DNA of 62,436 nt, counting the filler, from Anaerolineae bacterium (GTDB lineage Bacteria; Chloroflexota; Anaerolineae; Epilineales; Epilineaceae), in assembly GCA_029262755.1 (NCBI GenBank). It is 8 parts of 8 records of this genome, joined end to end, with 100 filler letters (N's around TTAATTAATTAA, not from the genome) between each part and the next. Parts side by side here need not be neighbours in the genome. Positions count along the whole stretch, not along the records: positions 33,359 to 42,369 come from JAJCYU010000014.1; positions 42,470 to 50,294 come from JAJCYU010000017.1; positions 50,395 to 59,203 come from JAJCYU010000018.1; 5 more parts are not named here. One strand, written 5' to 3'. The translations under genes and the position numbers were made by a program. Positions 41,701 to 52,730 of the stretch are shown in pieces (the stretch's first letter is position 1; every line of letters begins with the position of its first letter). The notes under the pieces were generated by a model that saw only the letters and a list, made by a program, of their open reading frames with translations, did no database searches and was not told the origin of the DNA.

Positions 41701-42346
41701 GTTGGTCCCAGGGGCCTCGATTCGACGGGGCACGCTCGTCCGAAGTCGGCCACCATCGGAGAAAGCGTCCGGCGTCGTCGAAGTGCAGAACACGTGCTGG
41801 GCAGCACCATCCCGAGAAGACATGTCCATCTGGGGCCACCGCTACCGCTCGCGGCTGGAAGATGGTGGAGTCGTCGGGAATGCTATCCGCGGGGGGAAAC
41901 ATCACGCTGTTGACATGCCCCCCTTCCGGATCGAATCGAATCACCCGCCCCGCCGTTCCCGCCGCGATCACGAGATCCCCGGCACGCTCGGTGCCCGGCG
42001 GGACGAGCGCGACGTCCGCATAGCCATACCCAGGGAGCACGTTGGGCGGCCCGGTCGTAGATAGATCGAAGAGCCTTACGCGCGGGCTGGGCAGGATGTC
42101 GGCGGAGGAGCTCGATCCGGACGCACCCAGCGCGATCGCCGGCCCATTCCCATGTACTTGCGCAATCACTGCGTCGGCCGTGAAAGAACTGCGCTGTGTG
42201 CCGACTAACAGTATCGTGATCACCAGGCCCGCTGCTGCAGCGGAGACGGCCGAAACGGACCACCGACAGGCGCGGACTGCGCGCCGGTCACCCACGCGCA
42301 ACCCAAGCGGCGAGTCAGCCCAACGGCCGGCGGGACCGCTATCCAC
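38711..42346 (-). CDS. Secreted NHL-repeat beta-propeller protein with C-terminal PA14 domain (start uncertain)
   Basis: NHL units (FSRPTAVVVGPDQSLYVADAATRRIQRF), PA14-like LDWGLGPP...DGWSARL...GGVRLDV; ends TVWLPRVVRGPGR*. Confidence 0.82.
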   Translation of the reverse strand: MDSGPAGRWADSPLGLRVGDRRAVRACRWSVSAVSAAAAGLVITILLVGTQRSSFTADAVIAQVHGNGPAIALGASGSSSSADILPSPRVRLFDLSTTGPPNVLPGYGYADVALVPPGTERAGDLVIAAGTAGRVIRFDPEGGHVNSVMFPPADSIPDDSTIFQPRAVAVAPDGHVFSGWCCPARVLHFDDAGRFLRWWPTSDERAPSNRGPWDQRAALAAAPDGSVYVMQSPFVIRYDRTGLREEGINPWSGAVLDMVVDPESADLFVLTNRASERVWRLSANGTSQRWPFDSANDRLVGASHIALGPAGAVHVLAQNNAIVQRFSPDGLFLDAWPWPGGLPQDPLFELQRSPIQPYPDGLAILPAGAPVIVQGDGGRVTTIQRDGDPAWQWGAWGVADDRIGMPGDMALTPEGNLLVFDEAEGAVTTFDPDGTPIEQWGGLGRGEGRISSMAFGSGLFPQAHGLAIGHDGTTYLSDPAGHHVLRRSAQGTWLKPWGGPGSERGQFASSPDEILVGMDDGPGDIAVSRSGDLWIVDEGNDRIQTFDASGAVIRTTALPKDSASALAFTPDDKLLAANAKGIWQRKESVWQLLRAAGTSGSGSCEGDQGAIYGLSALEVIAAPKLFDEVFAIVVLDIDCGPVHVLAPDGRTLARWGRRGSGIGAFSRPTAVVVGPDQSLYVADAATRRIQRFTLDGRLLASWGEEPFPLWHDRSLLDISGPVIAAFQPDGEIVSLDDRGALLRYDQDGIPLGTYAIDGIVGDGVLRAMEETFLSHQQASRDRPSDRRHRPARPTSLHVPSSEILPPVYALASLRPERLLVASIWPRPRISAWDRRGAEGATRMLPDIYSAFAGRATAEHLEVLAAVPAQQRVDVLTASGGYLRSIDVALDLEIHTGPIDVASLSDGRFAMLYLVPDATVPSMLALRIAVLDRNNQPEAAWEPVPQLAFDMGDIDWLIEDSARNLDLASGPDDTLFLSSTEAGETLRFLPDGTLVDHMDGMGHVDLDPQGRMLRVASFDKDIAIYGPSPPRQWRSTYFADRWLSNWPHAVEHHGSGDSLDLNLDWGLGPPGPVPESDSPPWLPQLPPDGWSARLTRYLPARPGPWTFALRVEGGVRLDVAGRRLVDAWDGPSVLVTQTLIVDAALLERAEPGGLLVTLEVNDPGDGGGGAGDPSGAQTAASVELRITPPVAAPGAPGPLTVWLPRVVRGPGR

Positions 42347-42469
42347 GAGTGCCGGCCCGACGGCGGATGNNNNNNNNNNNNNNNNNNNNNNNNNNNNNNN
42401 NNNNNNNNNNNNNTTAATTAATTAANNNNNNNNNNNNNNNNNNNNNNNNNNNNNNNNNNNNNNNNNNNN

Positions 42470-43132
42470 TAGGACGAAACCATCGGCGCGCACGCCGTAT
42501 TCGGAGACCGCGCGCAGGATCGCCGAGGCACCCATCGAGCGGCCAAAGAGCACGAGCACGCTGTCGTCGTCCACCAGATGTTCCCGCGCGTAGCCCACGG
42601 CCGCCGCCACATCGCGCGCCTCGTCGACGCCAACGGTCGTGTAGGCCGCCGACGAAGCGCCGCTGCCGCGAAAGTCGACCAGCAGCACCGAGGCACGGTG
42701 GCTGAAACGGAATCCAACTGCTTCTTCAAGCAAGCTCGATTTCTCGTCGGCGTAACCATGGAAGAGCACCACGAGCGGCGCATCGTCGCGGCCGCAGTAC
42801 CAGGCGCCGAGCGTCACGTCCTCGCCTGCTACAGGGATCGAGAACTCTTCGCACTGTAGATCGACGTGCTCCGGCGATCGCGCCGTCTCCGGCCGTGGAA
42901 TGCGCACGCCGGCGAGCAAGGTCCACGCGCGCCGCGGAGCCGAGAGTGCCTCCGGCGGCGCCGTTCGTTCACCGTGCTCTGCGAAGAAGAGCATCGCTCG
43001 CGCATGGTTGTAAGCAAGGAGGTTGAAGGCAGCGAAGCCGAGCACGAGGGCGCCTAGCACACGGACCCGCCACAAGCGCCACCATCGGTTGCTACCGCCC
43101 ATGGCGGCCCGAACCGTCTTCGAGCTAGACAT
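42470..43132 (-). CDS. Membrane-anchored alpha/beta hydrolase, 3' partial
   Basis: VVLFHGY, DFRGSGAS, GRSMG. Confidence 0.85.
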
Positions 43133-43463
43133 AAGACGCTACGTCGCGGATCTGCTGAGTCTCGTACACGGGGCAAGCCTCCGAGCGCGACGAGGGTCGC
43201 GGCAACAGTGCAACTCCAGTTTCGAGAGATCGATAGCCCGAGCACCCGCGCAGGGATTTCACTGTCGACAAGCGAGGTCACATCGATCGGTTTGGCTGCA
43301 GAACCCATGGAATCTGGTGCGTTCACATTCTCGGGGTTCCCAATACGGGGCGCCGGTCTGTTGCCCGTCGAATCCCCGCCGCTCCACCGACTCGAATCCG
43401 TTGCACGGCAACTGACGCTGCGAATGCGGCCGATGTGCCCGCAGAATGCGATTGCCCTACGGG

Positions 43464-44069
43464 TTAGCCCACGTCTCGCCCGTCGATCACGCGTTCGTAC
43501 ACGTCCGCCATGCTCAGAGACACCTCGATCCCGTCCAGGCCGATGTGCCCGTTCAGATCCGCCACCGATTCGAAGCGCCATCCCGCAGCGTCACGGTGGA
43601 AGTGATCGACCTGGCATCGGTTCTGGGCGACGAGCAGGTAGTGCTGCAGCGAAGTAAGCTGCTGGTAGCGCGCCCACCTTTCGTTGCGATCGTAGAGCTC
43701 GGTCGTCGGAGAGAGGACCTCGACGATGACGACCGGATTCTCGAGCATGTCCATGTGCTCGCGATCCCAATCCAAGGGAGAGCACGCGACGAGGACATCC
43801 GGGTAGGCGTACAGGCCGGACTCCGCGACCCTGACACGTATCTCGCTCGCATGCGTTTCGCACCCACTGCCGGCGAGCTTTGTCCGGAGCAGGACAAACA
43901 CGTTGCCGACGATGAGGCTATGCGCCCGCGACGCGCCTGTCATCGCATACATGGCGCCATCGAGATACTCGCTCTTCTCGCGCGAAGCACGCTCCAGCAT
44001 CAGGTACTCGTCAACCGAGAAGTCCGTGGGGTGCCCGGAAGCGTCATTGAAGGAACTCCTGACGATCAA
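43464..44069 (-). CDS. Uma2/DUF820 endonuclease
   Basis: KSEYLDG, MTGASRAH, YPDVLVAC, IVEVLSPTT, YLLVAQ. Confidence 0.9.
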   Translation of the reverse strand: MIVRSSFNDASGHPTDFSVDEYLMLERASREKSEYLDGAMYAMTGASRAHSLIVGNVFVLLRTKLAGSGCETHASEIRVRVAESGLYAYPDVLVACSPLDWDREHMDMLENPVVIVEVLSPTTELYDRNERWARYQQLTSLQHYLLVAQNRCQVDHFHRDAAGWRFESVADLNGHIGLDGIEVSLSMADVYERVIDGRDVG

Positions 44070-44116
44070 GAACCGATGGCCGACCGTAGAACATAGTGAT
44101 GTAGCGCCCAGGCCCC

Positions 44117-44902
<786 letters not shown>

Positions 44903-44905
44903 GGG

Positions 44906-46204
44906 TCAACCCTTGGGGCTTGGCGCCGGCGCGTCGTCGCGCTCGCGCTCATGGGCCGGCGCTTCGAGGCGCCGGCTGGCGCTGGAGAGCACGGCGGTGA
45001 AGGCGAAGTAGATGATGGCGATGAAGGCCAGAGTCTCGCGGAATCGCCCGATGTGCGCGGGCTGGTTGGCCGCGACGATCGCGATGCCGAGCAGCTCGCG
45101 CAGGGAGATGATCAGCACGAGCGCCGTGTCCTTGAAGAGCGAGATGAACTGTCCGGCGATGGCGGGCACGGCGGCGCGGATCGCCTGAGGCAAGACCACG
45201 AGCCGGTACATGCCGACGGTGCCAAGCCCAACGGCTTTGGCGGCGTCATATTGCCCGTTGGCCACGGCAGCCAGGCCGCCTCGAACATCCTCGGCGACGT
45301 ACGCGCTTGCGAAGGCGGTGAGTCCGGCCACGGCCTTGGCCACGTTCTCTGGATTCCATCCCTCGGGCAGCACAAGCGGCAGGAGCAACGAGGCCATGTA
45401 GAGCACGGTGACCAGCGGCACGCCGCGGATGACCTCGATCCACGCCACGCTCACCCAGCGTACGAGCGGCAAGCTGCTGCGGCGCCCGAGCGCGAGCAAT
45501 ACGCCGATCGGAAAGCTGAGCACGATGGCGAATGCCGCGAGCAGCAAGGTCAAGAGCAGGCCGCCCCAATCGCTCGGCGAGACGCGTTCCAGGCCGCCGC
45601 CGCCGCGCAGAAGGATGAGGATCGCGAGCACGACCAGCCCGTAGCCGACTAGGCTTGCCCGCTCCAGCCGGCGAGCACGGGGGCGATTCGTCGACGCCCA
45701 GGCGGAGGCGCGCGCACCGATCCACCATGCGGCTGCCAACGCGCCAAGGGCCGCGAGTTGCGCGATGTGACCGCCGGCGAATGCGGCGAACGCGGCCGCC
45801 ATGGACGGCGATGCGCCGGACACCAAGGGTGCAAGGAACGGCAACGCGAGCAGCACCGCAAGCCCGCCGCCGAAGAAGCGCGCGAGCGCGGCGCGACCGG
45901 TACGGCCGGCCTCCCAGCCCGACATCGCCGTGACGAGCGCAAGCACGGTTGCCGGACGCCAGATCTCGTCGGCGGGATAGCGCCCGACCGAGAACAAGCG
46001 CAAATTGGCTGCGACAACCGTCCAGTCCGCGGCCCCGAAGGCCCACGCTCCGAGCCCGTAGACCACGAGCCCGATCAGCCCCAGCGCGGCGACGCTGAGC
46101 GCCACCTGCCAAGCAATCCAAACGGGTCCGCGCAGTCGCGCCTGGTGGCGCATGGTGGCCCACTCTTCGCGCCAGCCTTCGACGGCTCGCGTGAGGCCGC
46201 TCAT
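44906..46204 (-). CDS. Amino-acid ABC permease (AapM-like)
   Basis: WGGLLLTL, IEVIRGVPL, SAYVAEDVRGG, FKDTAL. Confidence 0.9.
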   Translation of the reverse strand: MSGLTRAVEGWREEWATMRHQARLRGPVWIAWQVALSVAALGLIGLVVYGLGAWAFGAADWTVVAANLRLFSVGRYPADEIWRPATVLALVTAMSGWEAGRTGRAALARFFGGGLAVLLALPFLAPLVSGASPSMAAAFAAFAGGHIAQLAALGALAAAWWIGARASAWASTNRPRARRLERASLVGYGLVVLAILILLRGGGGLERVSPSDWGGLLLTLLLAAFAIVLSFPIGVLLALGRRSSLPLVRWVSVAWIEVIRGVPLVTVLYMASLLLPLVLPEGWNPENVAKAVAGLTAFASAYVAEDVRGGLAAVANGQYDAAKAVGLGTVGMYRLVVLPQAIRAAVPAIAGQFISLFKDTALVLIISLRELLGIAIVAANQPAHIGRFRETLAFIAIIYFAFTAVLSSASRRLEAPAHERERDDAPAPSPKG

Positions 46205-47406
46205 CGTTCCACCAGCCGGATCTTGCGGTTGTAGAGGTTCATCAGGAGCGAGGTGGCCAGCGAGATGGCCAGATACACCGACATCATCATCGCGGTGATG
46301 ATCACGAACTGGCCCGTGTTGTTGCCGATGGTCAGGCCCACCTGGAACAGGTCGGGGAAGCCGATGAAGATGGCCAGCGAAGAGTTCTTGGCCAGGTTGA
46401 GGTATTGGTTGGTGAGCGGTGGCACGATGACCCGCAACGCTTGCGGCAAGATCACCAGCCGCATCACTTGGGACTGGCGCAGGCCGACCGCGCGGGCCGC
46501 TTCGCGCTGACCGAGTGAGACCGCCTGGATGCCGCCGCGTACGACCTCGGCGATAAACGCGGCGGAGTATACGACGAGGCCGACGAGCAACGCGCTGAAT
46601 TCCGGGGAGAGCACAAGCCCGGCCTCGTAGCCGAAGCGGCCGATCGCGGGCAGGGCGACCGTGTAGGCGCCGCCCACGACGAACCACGCGACGAGCGCCA
46701 CGCCGGCCCACAACGCGAGCCCGAAGATGATGCCCCGCGCGGGTTGCCCGGTCCGGCGTTGGACGGCCTCGCGCCATCGGTACAGGACCCATGCGGCCAC
46801 GGCGCCGGCGGCGACCGCGAGCAGCCAAACGCCGGCGCCCCCCGTGGGCAAGAGGCGCGGGACGGCCGCCCCGCGCTGGCTCAACGCCAGGATCGGCGGC
46901 GTCACGGTGGCCGCGTCGGCCGCAACGCTGAGCGCACCCCCACCGACCGTGATGGCGTCCTTGAGCGCCGGCAGCCCCAAGAACACGCCCTGGTACCAGA
47001 AGATCAGCTGCACGAGGAGCGGCGTGTTGCGCATGAGCTCGATATAGCCGCCGGCCAAGCGTACGAGCAGCGGATTGCCGGACAGGCGGGCCAGCGCAAC
47101 ACCGACACCGATCGGGGTCGCGAGGACGATGCCCGCGATCGCGATGCGGAGCGTGTTGACCAGCCCGACCTGCAACGCGCGGCCGTAAGTGTCGGAGCCC
47201 TCCGCGTAGCGGATGCCCTCTGAAATGCCGAAACCCGCAGTGTTGCCCAGAAAGTCGAGGTCCGGCGCAAGGTTGTTCGCGGCCAGATCGCTCAACACAT
47301 TGCGTGCGCCGACGGCGACCGCCGTGATTGCGACCGCGGCAACGAGGACCTGGATCAGGACGGCCAGGACCCGCTCGTCGCGCAGCAGCGCCGGGCGGCG
47401 GATCAC
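46201..47406 (-). CDS. Amino-acid ABC permease (AapQ-like)
   Basis: GLVNTL, RNTPLLVQL, AFIAEVVRGG, LAKNSSLA. Confidence 0.92.
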   Translation of the reverse strand: MIRRPALLRDERVLAVLIQVLVAAVAITAVAVGARNVLSDLAANNLAPDLDFLGNTAGFGISEGIRYAEGSDTYGRALQVGLVNTLRIAIAGIVLATPIGVGVALARLSGNPLLVRLAGGYIELMRNTPLLVQLIFWYQGVFLGLPALKDAITVGGGALSVAADAATVTPPILALSQRGAAVPRLLPTGGAGVWLLAVAAGAVAAWVLYRWREAVQRRTGQPARGIIFGLALWAGVALVAWFVVGGAYTVALPAIGRFGYEAGLVLSPEFSALLVGLVVYSAAFIAEVVRGGIQAVSLGQREAARAVGLRQSQVMRLVILPQALRVIVPPLTNQYLNLAKNSSLAIFIGFPDLFQVGLTIGNNTGQFVIITAMMMSVYLAISLATSLLMNLYNRKIRLVER

Positions 47407-47537
47407 GGGCGCATGCGCGCAGCACGACGACCGGTCGCGTGTTTCACGATCGCGCCGCGCTCACGAGTAGGGAACCCACGGCGAGGACGGCAGCGCACAA
47501 CACGCCGCCGCCCTCGCACGGAATCACGTTCGTCGAT

Positions 47538-48719
47538 CTAGCGGAACGGCGGCGCGTAGAGCAACCCGCCGTCCGACCAGAGCTGGTTTACGCCACGCGG
47601 CAGATCGAACGGCGTGTCGGCACCCAGGTTGCGCTCGTAGATCTCGCTGTAGTTGCCGACCTGTTCGATCACGTCGACCATGAAGCCGTTGCCGATTCCA
47701 AGGCCTTCACCCAACCCGTCTTCCAAACCAAGGAAGCGGCGAATCTCCGGATTGTCGCTATCCATGAAGTTGCCGATGTTGCCCGAGTCGATCCCGAACT
47801 CTTCGGCCTGCATCACACCGAACGAGACCCAGTTGACCACGTCGGCCCATTCGGCGTCGCCCTGGAGCACGGCCGGACCGAGGGGCTCTTTGGAGAGCAC
47901 CATGTCTAGGATTTCGTGTTCGTCCGGGTTGGCCATCGTCGGCTTGCGGGTCACCAATGCGGAGAGATCCGCCGTGACGGCGTCGCAGCGCCCGCTGTCG
48001 TAGGAGCCCATGACCTGGTCCGCACCTTCGAAGGTCACGGAGGTGTACTCCACGCCCGCTTCGCGCATGACGTCGCCCAGGTTGCGCTCGGTCGTGGTGC
48101 CGGAACCGACGCAGATGCTCGCGCCGTCCAGGTCCGCCAGCTCCTCGATGCCCAACGCCGTGCGGGCCATGAGGCCCTGGCCGTCATAGAAGGTCGTCGG
48201 CCCGAAGTCGAGCCCGTTCTGCGTATCGCGAGACAGCGTCCAGGTCGTGTTGCGGACGAGAACATCGACCTCGCCCGTCTGCAACGCCGTGAAGCGTTGC
48301 TGCGACGACAAGGGCCGGAAGGTCACCGCTTCGGCGTCACCGAGTACGGCCGCCGCAATCGCGCGGCAGAAATCGACGTCGAATCCAGCGAACTCGCCGT
48401 CACTGTCGACCGAGCCGAAGCCTGGAAGCTGGTCGTTCACACCGCAGGAAAGGTCGCCGCGTGCCAACACGGTGTCGAGCTTGCCGACACCCGTGTCCGC
48501 AGCGGCCGGAGCCTCGCTCTCGGTTGCGGTTTCCGGTTCGGCGGCAACTTCCTCGGCACCGGCGTCGGCACCATCGGTGTCATCCACGGCGCCGGCGTCA
48601 TCGGCGACATTGGCGGCGTCATCGGCCACGGAGTCGGTATCGGAGCCACAAGCGGCCGACGAGAAGACTAAGAAGGCCGCCATAAGAGCGGCGCTCCATC
48701 GGGGCAGGGTCAGGTGCAT
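47538..48719 (-). CDS. Amino-acid ABC substrate-binding lipoprotein (AapJ-like)
   Basis: Lipobox SAAC, GFDVDFCRA, RNTTWTLSRD, FYDGQG, SKEPLGP, VGNYSEIYERN, YAPPFR. Confidence 0.93.
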   Translation of the reverse strand: MHLTLPRWSAALMAAFLVFSSAACGSDTDSVADDAANVADDAGAVDDTDGADAGAEEVAAEPETATESEAPAAADTGVGKLDTVLARGDLSCGVNDQLPGFGSVDSDGEFAGFDVDFCRAIAAAVLGDAEAVTFRPLSSQQRFTALQTGEVDVLVRNTTWTLSRDTQNGLDFGPTTFYDGQGLMARTALGIEELADLDGASICVGSGTTTERNLGDVMREAGVEYTSVTFEGADQVMGSYDSGRCDAVTADLSALVTRKPTMANPDEHEILDMVLSKEPLGPAVLQGDAEWADVVNWVSFGVMQAEEFGIDSGNIGNFMDSDNPEIRRFLGLEDGLGEGLGIGNGFMVDVIEQVGNYSEIYERNLGADTPFDLPRGVNQLWSDGGLLYAPPFR

Positions 48720-48845
48720 GGCAAATCCCTCCTCGGGGACGAGGGGCCGCCGGGGCGGCCCATTGCAGGGACGGCGAGTATATCGGCCGATTCGGCGCGC
48801 CGTCAATGCCCTCCGCCGCGCCGCGCCCTTGAGCGCGCCAAGGTG

Positions 48846-48893
48846 TTGACATCGAACAAGCGTTCTGTTATCTTCTATCAGAACACGCGTTCT
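48846..48893 (+). promoter_or_regulatory. Sigma70 promoter overlapped by two LexA (SOS) boxes
   Basis: TTGACA (48846-51)-N17-TATCTT (48869-74); CGAACAAGCGTTCT (48853-66) and AGAACACGCGTTCT (48880-93) both fit GAAC-N4-GTTC. Confidence 0.82.
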
Positions 48894-48921
48894 AATCCGC
48901 AATTCGCCGCAGGAGCTGGCC

Positions 48922-50160
48922 ATGAATCCCCGGAACCCCAACCCCATCTCGCCTCGTCCGGCTTCTGCTTCCCCCAACCGCACGCAGCGATTCGCGCTGC
49001 CGGCGTGGAAGCCCGGACGCTGGCCTCTCCACGTCGCCGCCATGGCCCTCGCGATGAGCCTCGCATTGCCCGCGGGCTCCGAGCCCCACCGAGCCTACGC
49101 CGACACGCTGCTCCGACCCGCGAGCAGCGTGGTGTTCGTTCCCGGCGCGCTCGGCATGCTCTCGGACGCGGCCGTTCTGTGGGACGCCCCGACCCAAGGG
49201 CACGCGGTCGAGATGCTATCGGCCGCAACCCGCGTATCCATCGGTGGAGAAGCGCGCACTGGGGGTCTGTTTTTCGGCCGACGCGCCTACTGGGTCCGGG
49301 CCGAAGGGCCGACCGGAGTAAAGCACGGATTCGTCGAGGCCGGCACCGTTGTCGTGACGGCCGGCACCGTCTCTCCCCTGGATTGGAAGGGCGTCACCGC
49401 CGATGCCTGGACCCACCCGGCAGCGGCTTCCGACGGCGCAGATTCCGGTGCGTCCGTATCCGGCACAGCCGCGGCCGTAGCATCGGCACCCGCAGCCGTC
49501 GTAGCATCGGCCGACCCGCTGACCGTGGCCTTCGCGGATAACTCCCCCGCCGCGCGCGCCGCCGCCGGATCCGTGGCTCGCGCCGCCATGCCGGGCACGG
49601 GCCCGCTCGTCACCATCTCCTGGCTGCCCGACACGGTGGTGGCGTGGCGCGCCACCATCGAAGCCGCCGCCGCGCGGCACGGTGTCGACGGTGACCTGAT
49701 CGCCATCCTCATCCTCGTGGAATCCGGCGGCAACCCGGACGCGCTCAGCCCGAGCGGGGCACGCGGCCTCATGCAGGTCATGCCCGGCACGGGCCGCGAC
49801 ATCGCGACCCGCCGCGGCGTACGTGGATTCACGACGGACGATCTGAACGACCCTGAGCTCAACATCGACTTCGGCGCCTGGTACATCGCCGAGCAGCTGC
49901 GCGCGTTCGGTCCCGCCCAGGACGTCGATTGGCAGCGCGGCGTCGAGCTGGCGGCCTCGGCCTACAACGGCGGTCCGGCGCACGTCGGTCAGCATCTCAC
50001 CACCGGCCAGCCCCTCTTCGCGGAGACGACCCGCTACCAGCGCTGGGTCGGCGGCATGTGGTCCGAGCGGGCCGTCGGCTCGAGCGCGACCTACAGCGCG
50101 TGGTGGAACGCCGGCGGACGCCGCCTCGTCGAGATCGCCGCACAGCGCGCCGCGCGCTGA
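48922..50160 (+). CDS. Secreted SLT-family lytic transglycosylase with N-terminal SH3b-like segment
   Basis: VESGGNPDALSPSGARGLMQVMP, LNIDFGAWY, AYNGGP, ETTRY; signal peptide; AGGAG RBS. Confidence 0.9.
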   Translation: MNPRNPNPISPRPASASPNRTQRFALPAWKPGRWPLHVAAMALAMSLALPAGSEPHRAYADTLLRPASSVVFVPGALGMLSDAAVLWDAPTQGHAVEMLSAATRVSIGGEARTGGLFFGRRAYWVRAEGPTGVKHGFVEAGTVVVTAGTVSPLDWKGVTADAWTHPAAASDGADSGASVSGTAAAVASAPAAVVASADPLTVAFADNSPAARAAAGSVARAAMPGTGPLVTISWLPDTVVAWRATIEAAAARHGVDGDLIAILILVESGGNPDALSPSGARGLMQVMPGTGRDIATRRGVRGFTTDDLNDPELNIDFGAWYIAEQLRAFGPAQDVDWQRGVELAASAYNGGPAHVGQHLTTGQPLFAETTRYQRWVGGMWSERAVGSSATYSAWWNAGGRRLVEIAAQRAAR

Positions 50161-50394
50161 CGCTCGCAGACAGCACGAGGGCAAGCGCGGTGACCGCTCA
50201 TTGATATCGTGCTTGGACGCTTTGGCGCGCATTGAGACGCTTTCGCGCACATGGAATCGAGCTTGTTTGAATGATCTACGAGGGCGCCGCGATCNNNNNN
50301 NNNNNNNNNNNNNNNNNNNNNNNNNNNNNNNNNNNNNNTTAATTAATTAANNNNNNNNNNNNNNNNNNNNNNNNNNNNNNNNNNNNNNNNNNNN

Positions 50395-52712
50395 TCACGA
50401 CGATCGACGACGCGGAGATCGAGGGCGCCGAGACGGTGCGGCTCACAATCGAGCCGCACGCGGACTACACGTCGGCCGCGCCCTTCAGCGCCGAGGTGCT
50501 GATCCTCGACGACGAGATTTCCGACGTCGAGGTGCGGGTGGCGGACGGCAATGACGACGCCGAGGAGAACGAGTCCAGCGGTGCGATCGATCTCACGAGC
50601 AGCGATCTGGAGTTGACGGACGATCCCTCGTTCAACGGCGATCAGATCGTCGGCATGCGCTTCCGCAACGTGACGATTCCGCCGGGCGCCACAATCACGA
50701 GCGCGACGATCGAGTTCACGACCGACGAGGTGGACAGCGGCCAGACCGATCTGCAGTTCTACGGACAGGATCACGACAGTCCCTCCGCGTTCACGTCGTC
50801 GAACGGCGATATCTCCGCGCGCTCCAAGACCGCGGCCTCCGTCGACTGGAAGAACGTGCCTTCGTGGAGCACGGTCGGGGAGACGCACACGACGCCGGAT
50901 CTCGCGGCCATCGTGCAGGAGATCGTCGATCGGCCCGGTTGGTCCAATGGCAACAACATGGCCTTCATCGTCGAGGGTGTCGGCGAGCGTACGGCGGAGT
51001 CGTACAACGGCTCGCCGGGCGATGCGCCGCTGCTGTCGGTGTCCTACGACACCGGCCCGCCGTCGACCGCGACGCCGACGGCGACCGGCCCGACGCCGAT
51101 TCCCTCCAACACCCCGACCGCCACACCGGCGCCCTCGATCCTCGACTTTCAAAACGGGGTCTCGCCCACGATCGGCTACGCCGGCAACGAGGACTCGACC
51201 ATCGAAGAGGCAGCGCCGGGTGCGAACTTCGGCTCCGCAACCGACTGCCGCGTGGATGGCGACGATCCGAGCGGCTCGGGCAACGACGTATCGTGCATGC
51301 TGCGTTGGGACGTCACCGACGTGCCCGCAGGCAGTACGGTGGACGGCGCATCGATCACGATCGAAGTGACGAACATATCCCCGAATACCTACCAACTCTA
51401 CGGCCTGCTGCGCGACTGGGTCGAGGCGGACGTGACGTGGGACGACTTCGCGAGCGGCTCCGCTTGGCAAACGGCGGGAGCCCAGGGCGCGCTCGATCGC
51501 GCGGCATCCGTGATCGGCACGGTAACGGCCGGATCGGCGGGTAGCTACGAGATCGTGCTGAACTCCGACGGCGAAGCCCTCGTCCAATCGTGGATCGACG
51601 ACCCGAACGACAATTACGGGCTGATCATCGCCAGCAGTAGCAACACCGACGGTCTCGACTTCTCGTCGAGCGAGGCGGCCACCGCGGCCGACCGCCCGAA
51701 GCTCGCGATCGACTACACGGCCGGCGGCCCACCGACGGCGACGCCGCTACCGACCGAGACGCCGTTGCCGACCGCGACGGAAACGCCGCTGCCGACCGCG
51801 ACGCCGACGAACACGCCGCTACCGACGGCCACGCCGACCGAGACGCCGCTTCCGACGGCGACGGAAACGCCGCTACCGACCGCGACGTCGACGAACACGC
51901 CACTGCCGACAAACACCCCGCTCCCGACCGCGACGCCGATGGCGTCCGACGTGATCTACCTCAGCTCTACGAACGGTGGATCCGTCGGCGGTGTGAGCTT
52001 CAACGACGAAGACATCATCACCTTTGAGGTGGACAGCGGGACGTGGGCCATGTACTTCGACGGCTCGGATGTCGGCGTGACGACGGACGTCAACGCCTTC
52101 GACCTGCAATCGGACGGCACCTTGCTGCTCAGCTTCGACCGTGGGCTCACGGTTCCCGGCCTCGGAAGCGTCGACGACTCGGACATCGTGCGCTTCACGC
52201 CCTCGTCGACCGGGCCTTCGACGGCGGGCACGTTCAGCTGGTTTTTCGATGGCTCGGACGTTGGCCTCAGCAAGGGCAGCGAGGACATCGACGCCATCGC
52301 CTTCGACGAGAACGACGATCTGCTCATCAGCACGACCGGCAACGTCTCGGTCTCCGGTGCTTCCGGCAAGGACGAGGACATGCTCCGCTTCGACGGCTCG
52401 CAGTTCGGCGCCACCACGAGCGGAACGTGGTCGTTCCACTTCGACGGATCCGACGTCGATCTGGCCGACACGAACGATGAGGACGTCAACGGGGTCTGGT
52501 TCGACGCCGTCGACGAAGACTTCTATCTGACGACGAAGGGCGATTTCAGCGTGACCGGCGTGAGTGGGACCGGGGCGGACGTGTTCGTATGCACGCCAGG
52601 AAGCCTGGGATCGACCACGAGCTGCACCTACGACTCGACGTTGTTCTTCGACGGCTCAGCGGAGGGGTTGAGCGGCGAGGTGGTCGACGCCCTGTTCGTC
52701 GATCGCGGGTAG
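50395..52712 (+). CDS. Exoprotein (5' partial): Calx-beta end, DNRLRE/CBM96-like domain, PT linker and FDGSDV repeats
   Basis: [26 protein letters not shown]...MLRWDV, FSSSEA...RPKL, several (Y/F)FDGSDV-type units. Confidence 0.75.
51730..51938 (+). repeat. Coding Pro/Thr tandem repeat (TATxTPLP)n
   Basis: Translates as [30 protein letters not shown]... Confidence 0.85.
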
Positions 52713-52730
52713 CGCATGCCTGACGTGCCC

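Noticed and set aside
44906..47425. 839-aa fused permease ORF
   Set aside because: The N-terminal half is an off-frame overlay of the AapQ-like gene; the real start is at 46204.
51730..51938. PT repeats as a novel repeat element
   Set aside because: Ordinary Pro/Thr linker common in secreted proteins.
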